Assembly (NCBI GenBank): GCA_963822585.1
Contig: CAWGIE010000035.1
Span: forward strand, 234,749-298,748
Source of the DNA: an uncultured bacterium
GTDB taxonomy: Bacteria > Auribacterota > Erginobacteria > Erginobacterales > Erginobacteraceae
DNA length: 64,000 nt
Reading direction: 5' to 3'
The notes beneath the pieces were generated by a model. That model was given only the letters and a program-made list of their open reading frames with translations. It was not told the origin of the DNA and did no database searches. Numbering within the stretch: position 1 is the stretch's first letter; every line of letters starts with the position of its first letter. This document shows positions 19,632 to 29,391 of this stretch, in pieces. The position numbers and the translations under genes are program-made.

Positions 19632-21017
19632 ATGAAGTCAACTGAAAATAGCGCGATCGGCAGTAACACGCCCGGGTTCTTAAGAATTACGCGTGGTGTC
19701 GCCCTTGTCGGCTTGCCCGTCCTTGCCGCGGGCTTCCGCGGGGGGTACGCCCTCTTCCCGGATCTGACCTGGCTGGACTACGGCTTCAAGATATTCCTCG
19801 CCGGGACGGTGGGGATCTGGACCAATTGCATCGCCATCCGGATGCTTTTCCGCCCCCGGGTCCGCACCGCCTTCGGACGCCAGGGCCTGATTCCCGCCCG
19901 GCGGGAGGAACTGTCCGCCGCCGTCGCCGCCGCCGTGGCCCGGGAGCTCCTCGACCCGGAGACGATCCGCCGCGCCATCGAGAAGAATGACATGATCGGT
20001 AAGGGCGCCGTCCGGGCACTGGCCAGGGGGAGACTCTGGATGGCCCGGCCGGCCAACCGAGCCCGGCTGGTCGCCATGGTCGGGCGCTACTGCCAGGCCC
20101 ACGGGGAGGATTACCTCGACAGTTACCTCGACCGGATCATGGAATCCCTCTACCGTTTCTTCGATGAAAAGGTCTCCGGGGAGACAGTCTGGCCGATGCT
20201 GGAAAAGGCCCTGGCCCGGGAACTGAGAAAACCGGACAACCGGCAGGTCGCCACCCGGATGATCGTCAGCCTGCTCGACGAAAACGCCCCGGCCCTCGCC
20301 GCCCTGACCGACCGGATGATCCAGGACTGGATCCGCCGGCATGCCGGCGGGTGGCGTCAGCTCCTTCTTTTGCTGGGAAAAGGCTTTTTCCGTCTCGACG
20401 AAGACTATATCCGGGACGAGCTGCGGGAAATAATCTCCCGGCCCGGGTTCTTCGAGCGGGTCCTCGATCTGGTGAATGAGAATATCCCCCGCCTCTCCCG
20501 GATCGGTCAGGATCCAGAGTTCCGGGAGAAAATCACCTCCCTGATTGAGGAAGAAAAGGGGCGGTTCAGGGTCTATCTTCGGGAGAAGGGTCTCGACCTG
20601 GCCCGGACCAGGATCCTCGACTTCCTGGAGTCGGCGGTCTTCTGGTCCTGGCTGGACCGGCAGCTGGAGGTAGTCGTGAAGACGATGGAGAGGTACGCCC
20701 GGAAAAAGATCACTTCCGGGGAGTTCCGGATCTTGAGCGACAACCTGTTGGAGCAGACGCTGAAGCGGCTGGACATTGACCGGGTGGTCTGCGAGAGGAT
20801 CTCCTCTTTCGACCTTGAGCGGCTGGAGCGGTTGGTCCGGAAGGTCTCCGGCGAGAACCTCTGCGGGATCGAGCTTTTCGGGGGAATCCTGGGGATGGTG
20901 GCCGGCCTGGTCCTGATCAGCCCCCTCTGGGCCGCCGGCATCGCTGCCGCCCTCGCTCTCTTCCTTCTCGCCGAGCGATGCTTCCCGGTTCGAAATTTCT
21001 CCGGGAAGAACAAATAA
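19632..21017 (+). CDS. DUF445-family membrane protein
   Basis: GIWTNCIAIRMLFRP, QGLIPARR, C-terminal IELFGGILG. Confidence 0.85.
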   Translation: MKSTENSAIGSNTPGFLRITRGVALVGLPVLAAGFRGGYALFPDLTWLDYGFKIFLAGTVGIWTNCIAIRMLFRPRVRTAFGRQGLIPARREELSAAVAAAVARELLDPETIRRAIEKNDMIGKGAVRALARGRLWMARPANRARLVAMVGRYCQAHGEDYLDSYLDRIMESLYRFFDEKVSGETVWPMLEKALARELRKPDNRQVATRMIVSLLDENAPALAALTDRMIQDWIRRHAGGWRQLLLLLGKGFFRLDEDYIRDELREIISRPGFFERVLDLVNENIPRLSRIGQDPEFREKITSLIEEEKGRFRVYLREKGLDLARTRILDFLESAVFWSWLDRQLEVVVKTMERYARKKITSGEFRILSDNLLEQTLKRLDIDRVVCERISSFDLERLERLVRKVSGENLCGIELFGGILGMVAGLVLISPLWAAGIAAALALFLLAERCFPVRNFSGKNK

Positions 21018-21033
21018 CCGGACAAGGGATGCC

Positions 21034-21118
21034 TGATCACGGGCACTGGCCACTGATTACCGATTACTGATTACCGATCACCGATCACCGATTACTGATT
21101 ACTGATCACCGATTACCG
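21034..21118. repeat. 7-bp tandem array (GATTACC family) between convergent genes
   Basis: ctgattaccgattactgattaccgatcaccgatcacc...; supplies the pfkA stop codon. Confidence 0.85.
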
Positions 21119-22446
21119 GCTGCCGCTCCGCGCCCGATCAGCGTGATGGGCTGCCCCGTGGTGGAAAGGACTTCCCGCCAGAGTTCTCCTTCCGGATCGA
21201 CCTGTTTGCGTTTCGAGATCGCCAGGGGAAGGGGGACATGGGTGAAGCAGCTGTGCCAGTAACCGATCAGCAGGTCGGTTTTCCCCGCCATCGCCGCGTC
21301 GACCGCCCGTCTTCCCAGAGCGGCGGCGAACATGGAGTCGTTGGCGTTGGCGGGGACGCTGCGGATCGTGTAGCTGGGATCGATATATTTTAAGTCGATC
21401 TGAATTTTCTTCTTTTTGAAATGCTCGATAATCGCGTTCTTGAGGAAGAAGCCGACATCTCCGAGCCTGATGTTGCCGGAAGCGTCATAGGTGGCGGCGG
21501 CCTGCTTCTCTTCCATTAATTTTTGTCCGGCTCCTTCCGCCACCACCACCACCGCGTGATGCCGCCGGGCAAGCCTTTTTTGCAGCACAGCGAAGACGCC
21601 GCCCTCGCCTTCAAGGGTGAAGGGGACCTCGGGGATCAGGCAGAGATTGACGTCATTGGCGGCGATGGTGGTGAAACCGGCGATAAAACCCGATTGACGT
21701 CCCATGACCTTGACCAGGCCGACGGCATTGTAGGCGCTGACCGCCTCGGAATGCGCGCAGCGGACGGCCTCCCGGGCCACGGTAACGGCGGTATCGACGC
21801 CGAATGTCCGGTAGACGTAACAGATGTCATTATCGATGGTCTTGGGAACGCCGACCACGGCGATTTTAAGCCGCCGCCGGTTAATCGTCCGGAATATCTG
21901 GTGCAGTCCTTTCTGGGTGCCATCGCCCCCCAGGCATAAAAGAATGTTGATCCCGCGGCGTTCGAGCGTATCGACCATGATTTCCGGATCAACCGCGCCC
22001 CGCGAGGTCCCCAGAACCGATCCTCCCTGGAGATGGATGTCTTTGACGAATTCCGGGTCGAGGTTAATGAGTTTGTGCTTGAAAGCCGGGTCGAGTCCTT
22101 TCTGTCCGTACTGAATGCCGAGAATATGCTTGACCTGGTATTTATAGAAAAGCTGCATGACGATGGAGCGGATGGCGTCGTTCAGTCCGGGGCAGAGACC
22201 TCCGCAGGTCATGATCCCGGCGGTGACATCGTCGGGACGGAAGTAGATCATCTTTCGCGGCCCGGCGGCCTCGAAGGCCAGATCCCGCGTTTCCGGGTCG
22301 CAGTCCGACTGGATGCAGTAGGGGACGGTGACCCGGTCATTCATGAAGTTCACGATCCCGTCTCCGCGAATGGTGGAAAATCCGATCGGAGACTGGACCG
22401 TCGGTTTTCCCAGCCTCCGTATCCGGAAATAATCTTTCTTCAGCAT
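21106..22446 (-). CDS. pfkA: ATP-dependent 6-phosphofructokinase (group X type)
   Basis: TCGGLCPGLN, GGDGT, PKTIDND, MGRQSG, YIDPSY. Confidence 0.92.
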   Translation of the reverse strand: MLKKDYFRIRRLGKPTVQSPIGFSTIRGDGIVNFMNDRVTVPYCIQSDCDPETRDLAFEAAGPRKMIYFRPDDVTAGIMTCGGLCPGLNDAIRSIVMQLFYKYQVKHILGIQYGQKGLDPAFKHKLINLDPEFVKDIHLQGGSVLGTSRGAVDPEIMVDTLERRGINILLCLGGDGTQKGLHQIFRTINRRRLKIAVVGVPKTIDNDICYVYRTFGVDTAVTVAREAVRCAHSEAVSAYNAVGLVKVMGRQSGFIAGFTTIAANDVNLCLIPEVPFTLEGEGGVFAVLQKRLARRHHAVVVVAEGAGQKLMEEKQAAATYDASGNIRLGDVGFFLKNAIIEHFKKKKIQIDLKYIDPSYTIRSVPANANDSMFAAALGRRAVDAAMAGKTDLLIGYWHSCFTHVPLPLAISKRKQVDPEGELWREVLSTTGQPITLIGRGAAAGNR

Positions 22447-23626
22447 TAAGGTCGTTCTCCGGTTTTTTCATCTCATGGTAACGGGGGAGGAAGATGGTTA
22501 AGTCGCTTCCCCGCCCCGGCTCGCTGACCACTTCAATGCAACCACCGTGCCCTTCCACGATCCCGATCGCGGCGGAGAGCCCCAGACCGGTTCCTGTTTT
22601 ATCAGCCTTGGTACTGAAAAAGGGGTCGAAAATCTGTTCCCGGATCTCCCTCTCCATCCCGATGCCCGTGTCGGAGACGCGGATCGAGACGCAGTCTTTG
22701 CCTTTCAGGCGGGGGTAGACCAGGAGCAGGGACTGGTCGGGGCGGCTGTTTCCAAGGGCGACGGTCAGAGTGCCCCCCTGGGGCATGGCCTCGCATCCGT
22801 TGATACAGATATTCAGAATCACCTGGTTGAGCAGGGAAGGGTCGCCGAAAATTGTCAGGACCTCGGCTCCGGTTTCCAGCCGGACATCGATGTTCTTGTC
22901 CGCCGTTTCGGAGATGATCGGAAGCAGGGAACGGATCAGGACGCTTGCCTCAAGGGGCCGGGGCCGGTATTCTTCTTCCCGGGCGAAGGCCAGCAGCGCT
23001 TTGGTCAGATTGGCGCCGCGCCAGGCCAGTTTTTCGATCTTCTCCAGATCGGTCGAAAATGATTTTGACCGGGGGCCCTCCTGTTGCAGCAGGACGGCGT
23101 AATTGATGATCCCGGCGAGGATGTTGTTAAAATCATGGGCGATACCCCCGGCCAGTGTACCGATCGCTTTTATCTTCTGCGCCTGCCGGAGGTGTTCTTC
23201 CGTCCGTTTCTTTTCCCGGAGAAGGCGCTGATGAGAAAGCACCTGTTCAATAACCGAGGGAAGAATTTCGAGATATTTCCCCGCGATGTCCTTGATGATG
23301 TAATCGACCGCTCCCTGCCTGAGAGCTTCCACCGCCACCTCGGCCTTGTGTTCGACGGTGACCATGATAATCGGTGGCAGGGGTCCGCGCGTGGCGAGTA
23401 CCCGGATCACTTCCAGGCCGGAGTAATGGGGCATCGTCTGATCAACCAGGATGACGTCATAGGGGGTGTTTTCGCATAAAGCCAGCCCGGTCTCGCCGTC
23501 CGACGCCACATCAACCTGGTACCCGGCCCGCTGCAGATGAAGACGGGTGATTTTTCTCAAACCGTCGTCATCTTCCATGTAGAGAACCCGGGGAGGGGTG
23601 TTCTCTTTACCGGCTGGCATGTTCAT
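22337..23626 (-). CDS. REC-HisKA-HATPase hybrid histidine kinase (true stop probably about 22446)
   Basis: N-terminal REC, AHDFNN H-box, DTGIG, PFFSTK, GTGLGL; one more A in the A-run near 22465 would give a TAATG stop/start overlap with pfkA. Confidence 0.9.
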   Translation of the reverse strand: MNMPAGKENTPPRVLYMEDDDGLRKITRLHLQRAGYQVDVASDGETGLALCENTPYDVILVDQTMPHYSGLEVIRVLATRGPLPPIIMVTVEHKAEVAVEALRQGAVDYIIKDIAGKYLEILPSVIEQVLSHQRLLREKKRTEEHLRQAQKIKAIGTLAGGIAHDFNNILAGIINYAVLLQQEGPRSKSFSTDLEKIEKLAWRGANLTKALLAFAREEEYRPRPLEASVLIRSLLPIISETADKNIDVRLETGAEVLTIFGDPSLLNQVILNICINGCEAMPQGGTLTVALGNSRPDQSLLLVYPRLKGKDCVSIRVSDTGIGMEREIREQIFDPFFSTKADKTGTGLGLSAAIGIVEGHGGCIEVVSEPGRGSDLTIFLPRYHEMKKPENDLNAEERLFPDTEAGKTDGPVSDRIFHHSRRRDRELHE

Positions 23627-23824
23627 CTCCTGGATTAATACGAGTACTATAGCAGAGGAGAATCACCGAAGGGTATTATTTTATCCGGGTATCCCTCAAG
23701 TTAATTCTTTTTCCGGGGTCCGCCCTTTTTAATCCCCGCGCCTCTCAATTCACGAAAACCTTTTCGAGAATGGTCTGGTTATGCTATTTTCTCCCGGAAC
23801 CGATTACCTTGAGAGAGGTTATTA

Positions 23825-24913
23825 ATGGAGCGGATGAATGTCTTGTGCGTCCTGGGGACCCGGCCGGAAGTAATCAAAGTCGCTCCGGTCATCGCGGCTT
23901 TGCGCGAAGATCCCGGTTTTTTCCGGGTGCGGATTTTGGCGACAGCCCAACACCGGGAGATGCTTGATCAAATGTTGGCTGTTTTCTCGCTCTCGCCGGA
24001 TGTGGATTTTGACCTGATGCGACCGGGCCAGTCGCTGGATGATCTTACTTCCCGGGTGATCGCGGAGATGAGCAGGTACCTCTCTTCGCATCAGGTCGAT
24101 CTTGTTCTGGCTCAGGGAGATACCAGCACGGTCATGGCGACCGCGATCGCCTGTTTTCACGGGAAGGTCCCTTTTGGACATATTGAGGCCGGGCTGAGGA
24201 CGGGGAATCTTGCCGCGCCCTTCCCGGAGGAGTTCAATCGCCGGGTTGCCGATCTGGTCGCGACCTATCATTTCGCCCCCACCGCGACCGCCGCCGACCA
24301 CCTGCTTCGAGAAGGCATCTCTTCACTTTCGATCCATGTCACGGGCAATCCGGTAATCGATGCTCTGCGGTTCGTTGTTGCTCATACCGACCCGCCTCCG
24401 CTTCCGATACCGGAGGGGAAGCCGTACGTTCTCATGACGTGTCACCGCCGGGAAATTTTCGGGAGCCCGATCCGTGAAATTTTTACCACGGTGCGGGATT
24501 ACTTTTCCAAACACCGGGAGTGCCATCTCTGGTATCCGGTTCATCCCAATCCCCATGTCGCCACCCCCGCATATGAGATGCTGGCCGATCACCCGAACAT
24601 CACCCTTACCGGGCCGCTGGATTACGTCGCTTTCAGTCACGCCATGGAAAGAGCCAAACTGATGCTCTCCGATTCCGGCGGTGTTCAGGAAGAGGCGCCC
24701 GCGCTGGGCAAACCGGTTCTGGTATTAAGGGATGCTACCGAGCGACCGGAAGGAATCAAAGCGGGGACATGCCTCCTGGTCGGTCCGCATCGTGACCGGA
24801 TCGAGGCGGGGCTTGACCGTCTCCTCTTCGACGAGAGCGAATATCAACGAATGGCCGGGGCCCGCAATCCCTACGGCGATGGGAAGGCGGCTCCCCGGAT
24901 CGTGGCCGTATGA
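23825..24913 (+). CDS. wecB: UDP-N-acetylglucosamine 2-epimerase (non-hydrolysing)
   Basis: GTRPEVIK, QGDT, HIEAGLR, PFPEE, HRRE, DSGGVQEE, NPYGDG. Confidence 0.95.
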   Translation: MERMNVLCVLGTRPEVIKVAPVIAALREDPGFFRVRILATAQHREMLDQMLAVFSLSPDVDFDLMRPGQSLDDLTSRVIAEMSRYLSSHQVDLVLAQGDTSTVMATAIACFHGKVPFGHIEAGLRTGNLAAPFPEEFNRRVADLVATYHFAPTATAADHLLREGISSLSIHVTGNPVIDALRFVVAHTDPPPLPIPEGKPYVLMTCHRREIFGSPIREIFTTVRDYFSKHRECHLWYPVHPNPHVATPAYEMLADHPNITLTGPLDYVAFSHAMERAKLMLSDSGGVQEEAPALGKPVLVLRDATERPEGIKAGTCLLVGPHRDRIEAGLDRLLFDESEYQRMAGARNPYGDGKAAPRIVAV

Positions 24914-25185
24914 AGGGAGAGCCTTTCCAGCCCTGGGGAGGAGAGCGGAGAAGTGCCTAAAGTTTAAAGTTAAAAGTGCCTAAAGTTTTCGCTTTCGCCG
25001 GTTCTTTACGGAAATAAATTCCGCCGCCGGCGTGAACTTGCCGCTTCGGAATTCTCAACCCGAGGCTGATGCGCCTCTGGCGCACAATTAATGAGTAAAA
25101 ATTATCGTTTTGGCGTGAACCGTTGGATTCAAACTAATCAAAACAACGTTAACAATTTCCCTCGACCGTGAAATAGAATAGCTCA

Positions 25186-25213
25186 CTAAATTAGCGGCGA
25201 AGCCGCTAATTTA
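25186..25213. repeat. Short palindrome TAAATTAGCGGC-GAA-GCCGCTAATTTA just upstream of an RBS; copy at 33268-33294
   Basis: Identical core at both sites; related forms at 25646-25688 and 50843-50873. Confidence 0.8.
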
Positions 25214-25229
25214 ATAGGAGACGGTTATC

Positions 25230-25649
25230 ATGCCGGTATATGAAACAGGGAAGGTAATTCTGGAAGGACTTCCGCATGGTTCGGACCTGCTGGAGACGAT
25301 GACCGATCTCGCCCGGAGAGAAGGGATCCAAACCGGTGTCATCTCCGCGATCGGAGCGGTTCAGCGGGCGAGGATCGGATACTACGACCAGGAGTCGCGG
25401 CAGTATCAGGAGCGGGATATCGAAGAGCGGTTGGAGATCTGCTCCTGCCTGGGGAACGTATCGATCAAAGACGGTGAGATTTTCGTTCACGCACATATCA
25501 CCCTGGCGAGCGCCGACGGAATGGTTATCGGAGGGCATCTCTGCGCGGGGACCCGGGTCTTCGCGGCGGAATGCCTGCTTCGCGAATTGCGGGGGGAACC
25601 GCTGCGGCGCGGCTACGACCAGATAACCGGTCTCTCCCTCTGGAAATAA
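25230..25649 (+). CDS. DUF296 (PPC domain) protein
   Basis: SAIGAV, LEICSCLGN, HAHITL, GGHL. Confidence 0.9.
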   Translation: MPVYETGKVILEGLPHGSDLLETMTDLARREGIQTGVISAIGAVQRARIGYYDQESRQYQERDIEERLEICSCLGNVSIKDGEIFVHAHITLASADGMVIGGHLCAGTRVFAAECLLRELRGEPLRRGYDQITGLSLWK

Positions 25650-25796
25650 ATTTGTTCGCCCCGATAAAATCGGGGCGAACAAATTTATGTGAATCACAAT
25701 ATCCTGAAATGAATTCAGGTTGATGATGATTAGGGGTTGAGTAGAGATCCAATACTTCACGCCTTCGGATGTTCAATAATCTCATTTTTCCTCCGG

Positions 25797-25981
25797 AAAA
25801 ATGAGAATGTGCAAGCATTGAAACAACAGTGCAGGGATATTTTAAAGAAAATTCGTGTAATCCTTCGGCTACGTTCAGGACAAGTTTCGCGCAATTCGTA
25901 GTTTTATTTAGTCGCCCGAGTCCCGGTAAACCCCGATTAAAACTTCGGGGCGAAGGCGGGGTCGACTGCGCGAGGGCTCAG
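25797..25981 (+). repeat. Composite intergenic repeat (copy at 49321-49460) with nested CCTTCGGCTACG-CAGGACAAG insert and GCCCGAG...CGAGGGC element (copy at 47910-47980)
   Basis: agaatgtgcaagcattgaa...aaattcgtgtaatccttcggctacg.tcaggacaagtttcgcg.aattcgtagtttt shared by both copies. Confidence 0.85.
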
Positions 25982-25985
25982 TTTC

Positions 25986-27431
25986 ATGCGGAAGTTCATC
26001 TATCTGCTGACGGCATTTTTCCTCTCCGGTTGCGGGAAGGTACCTTCTTCACCGGATATCCGGGTTGACGGCCGGTTCGCCGATTGGACCGGGATTCCCC
26101 CCGCTTATTCCGATCCCTGGGGGGATGCAACCGGGATCGACATCGGGCGGCTCTGGATGGCAAACAACACCCGCCGCCTTTTTATCCGTTTTGAACTGGG
26201 AAAGGAGATATCCCTGCAGACAGCCAACGACCTGGTCCTTTACCTGGACACTGATGACAACGCCGAAACGGGAAAACCGGTCGGAGTTCTGGGGGCCGAC
26301 CTCTCCTGGATTTTCGGCGAGAGGAAGGGGTACCGGTGGACCGGCGAGGAGGCTTCCCCCGTCAATGCCTATGACCTGGGACTGATCAGCGCGCCCACCA
26401 CCACCTCCCGGCAATTCGAGATGGAGTTTGTCGCCCCCCCCGGAAAGGATATCCGGTCGTTTCTCTCCGCCGGCCCCCGGATCCGATGGATGCTGCGGGA
26501 TGAAGGAAGCCCGTCGGGCGATAGCGCTCCCGACCCGGGAGCGGAGCTGAACTATCTCTTGAGCGGGGCGGCTCCTCCTCCCTATCCGGCGATCAGCCTG
26601 GAGAAGGATAACCCGGGGTATCTGCGGTTTCTCACCTATAATACCTGGTGGGACAATCTTTTTCAGGAACGCGAGGCGCTCTTCCGCGTTCTTTCCACGA
26701 TCAAACCGGACATCATCACCTTCCAGGAGGTGGGCACCCACTCCCGGGAAGAAGTCGAGGAGATTATCGAGAAGATACTGGGAGGAGACTGGCATTCGGC
26801 CCGGGAGAAGGACACGGTCACGGTCAGCAGGTACCCGATCACCTTTGTCCGTCCGATAGACGGCAACCTGGGCACCCTGATCGATCTCCCGGCTGAGATG
26901 GGCCCTCGGGATATTTTCGTCATCAACGTCCACCTCCCGTTCGGCGCCAACGACCGCGGGCGGCAGAAAGAAGTAGATGATATCATCCGGTTTATCACGG
27001 ATGCGCGGGAGGAGCCGGCCGGCGCCCCGTTCCCGCCGGAAACACCGATCGTGATTATCGGGGACATGAATATGGTCGGCGAATCCCGGTCGCTGGATAC
27101 TCTGCTGGGCGCCCCGGAGGGGAACGCGGGCGCGTCCGGCGCCCGGGAGGGACCGGACTGGGACGGCACCGCCCTGACCGATCTGCTCCCCTATCACAGC
27201 GGGGCCCCGGAATCATATACCTGGATGAGCAGCCAGAGGACCGGTTTCGGGCCCGGGCGTCTCGATCTGGTGATCTATACCGATTCGGTGTTGGAACCGG
27301 CCAAGTCGTATATTTTCTGCCCCGGCACCATGTCGGAGGGGGAACTGAAAAAATATGGACTGCGCCGCGACGACGGAACGAAGCTCAGCGATCACTCGCC
27401 GGTCGTGGTCGACTTCGTGATCAAAAAGTAG
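25986..27431 (+). CDS. Endonuclease/exonuclease/phosphatase-family lipoprotein
   Basis: Lipobox LSGC; TYN, FQE, NVHL, GDMN, RLD, SDHSPV. Confidence 0.88.
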   Translation: MRKFIYLLTAFFLSGCGKVPSSPDIRVDGRFADWTGIPPAYSDPWGDATGIDIGRLWMANNTRRLFIRFELGKEISLQTANDLVLYLDTDDNAETGKPVGVLGADLSWIFGERKGYRWTGEEASPVNAYDLGLISAPTTTSRQFEMEFVAPPGKDIRSFLSAGPRIRWMLRDEGSPSGDSAPDPGAELNYLLSGAAPPPYPAISLEKDNPGYLRFLTYNTWWDNLFQEREALFRVLSTIKPDIITFQEVGTHSREEVEEIIEKILGGDWHSAREKDTVTVSRYPITFVRPIDGNLGTLIDLPAEMGPRDIFVINVHLPFGANDRGRQKEVDDIIRFITDAREEPAGAPFPPETPIVIIGDMNMVGESRSLDTLLGAPEGNAGASGAREGPDWDGTALTDLLPYHSGAPESYTWMSSQRTGFGPGRLDLVIYTDSVLEPAKSYIFCPGTMSEGELKKYGLRRDDGTKLSDHSPVVVDFVIKK

Positions 27432-27492
27432 CCGCTTCCCCCGCCTCGCCCCCTTTTAATAACCACTAATCTCACGAATCCACACGAATTTG

Positions 27493-29106
27493 CGAGGGTT
27501 TCACAAAAGTCTAACTGCAAGAAAACCAACGACTTGCGACTATGTTGAACCCTAATTTCCTAACTCGAGTTAAGTTCTGATGCTGCAGTTACTTACAGCA
27601 ACCAGTATGGCCTTTTTAGCCGTTTTTTCACCCCTTTGGAAGGGTGGATTAGGCAGATTTGACTTTTGTGAAACCCTCACTCCCGATTTTTCTTATCTCC
27701 TGCCGCATTGTGAGTTAGCTTTCATAACTCACTCACTCGCAGGATATTTCTGCGAGAAAAAATCAGTCGACTTTCACGAAAGTTGGCGGGAGGTAAGTAT
27801 GAAGCAAGATAAACTCTTCCATGGGGAACATCTGCCCCCCCGAATCAAGTATCAAAAGCTATTCAGTTACCTCCCTGATATACCCTACGCATATAAATTT
27901 GGCCGCCCTCAGGTCAATCCCAATGCAATGTTGAGAGCTTTCATATATCGCGGTCTTCGAAGATTAGGCACAATTACCGATCTCGTATATGCCTTAACCG
28001 AAAATCTCTCGCTGGCCGAGGCCGCTGGGTTCGATCCGTTTACCCGAATACCCAGTATTGAACGATTCTCTTTTTGGTTACGCTCGACTCCAAACCAGAC
28101 TCTACAAGATGTCCGGTTCGGTCTGGTCCAGAGGCTGGTTCAAATGGGTGCTGTCCAGGGGACTATTGTCTCCCTCGACGGCTCCGCTATCCTTGCTCCG
28201 GTCAGGTGAGAATAATCTCAAGACGTCGTCCCCTAACCGCTTTCATAAAGACTGCTATCCCAAAGCTGACCCCGAAGCCCGAATGGGTGTGTACCGGGTT
28301 TATGCCGGCGCCGGCAATCAGAAAATTCGTTATTTCTGGGGCTATCGTAACCACATCGTGGTTGATTATGATACTGAAATTCCACTCTGGGAAGAGACCC
28401 GCCCGGCCAACTGCCACGAGAGCAAGCTGGCAATCTCCTTACTTAATGCCTGCGCCCAAAAACTCAAGCTGCCCATTAAGACGGTCTGCGCTGACTCGGC
28501 CTATGACAGTGAAAAGATATTCGCATATATTATCGAGGTTCTTCACGCCCAGCCGATAATTGCTGTCAAGAACCGTGGTCGCTCACGGGAGGGGTTTCAA
28601 TTTAAAGGTAAGGAAATTATATGCCCCGCTGGTTTTTCTATGCCCTATAGAGGCAAGGTGAATGTTAAAAAGACCGGCATTTCATATCGGCAGTACTGTT
28701 GTCCCCTCCACAATAGAAAAAAGATGCGGCAACGGTTTTTGATGTGTCCGGCCAATCATCCCAAGTTTTTAACGCAGAAGGGATGTAACTATCTTATTCG
28801 GGTAACTCCCGGTTATCGTTCACAGGTGGCTTATGGGTCAGCCGAGTTCAGGCAGCAATATAATAAACGTACTGCAGCTGAACGAGTCTTCTCTCGTCTC
28901 CTCTCCGTGGCAATGCAGGAACCAAGCGTCCGCGGGCTTCAGGCTACTCAGAACTATTGCACCATCGCACATATCTCGGTTCTTCTGGTTGCTGTCGCTG
29001 CCTATGATCAGGGGCACCCAGACAAATTATCCTTCGTCCGTTCTTTCGTGCCAAAATTTATGGTGTAACCTGGGTGAACCGGAAAAAACGACTTTTGTGA
29101 AGCCCT
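27493..29106 (+). mobile_element. Insertion sequence (IS4 superfamily, IS1182/IS5-like) with terminal IRs and flanking direct repeat
   Basis: Left gagggtttcacaaaagtc (27494-27511), right gacttttgtgaagccct (29090-29106); acgaatttg at 27484-27492 and 29107-29115; lower GC. Confidence 0.88.
27799..29068 (+). CDS. DDE transposase (frameshift near 28205)
   Basis: SLDGS, ADSAYD, YNKRTAAERVF catalytic motifs; DPEARMG, YFWGY. Confidence 0.88.
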
Positions 29107-29280
29107 ACGAATTTGTCTCCCCCGCCGCGCCCTCTTTAATAACCACCAAGACACTAAGACACCAAGAAATACCAAGAAAACTAATGTTTCCCCTCCTTAC
29201 CCCCTTAACCCGTATCCCTTAACCTTGCTTTTCTACCCCCAAAGCACGAAGGAAAATAGCAGTAGGACTATGATGTCGTG

Positions 29281-29350
29281 CAAGCAGCAAGCGAAGCGAT
29301 CCTACAAGCTCCCCGAAGTCTTTTCGGGGAGCGATACTACATTTCCTACA
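29281..29350. repeat. GTAG-type REP-like cluster
   Basis: gcaagcgaagcgatcctaca and hairpin-gatactaca, as at 4591. Confidence 0.65.
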
Positions 29351-29391
29351 ATCCGCCTCTGGCGGAGATCCCGCATTCTTTCGTCCGACGT

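Noticed and set aside
22337..22446. 110-bp overlap between the kinase and pfkA as a real feature
   Set aside because: One more A in a homopolymer gives a normal TAATG junction; likely an error.
27580..27798. N-terminal extension of the transposase ORF
   Set aside because: It runs through the IR-bounded non-coding end; the ATG at 27799 has a GGAGG RBS.
28195..28215. Programmed frameshift in the transposase
   Set aside because: No slippery heptamer at the break, and background indel errors are frequent.
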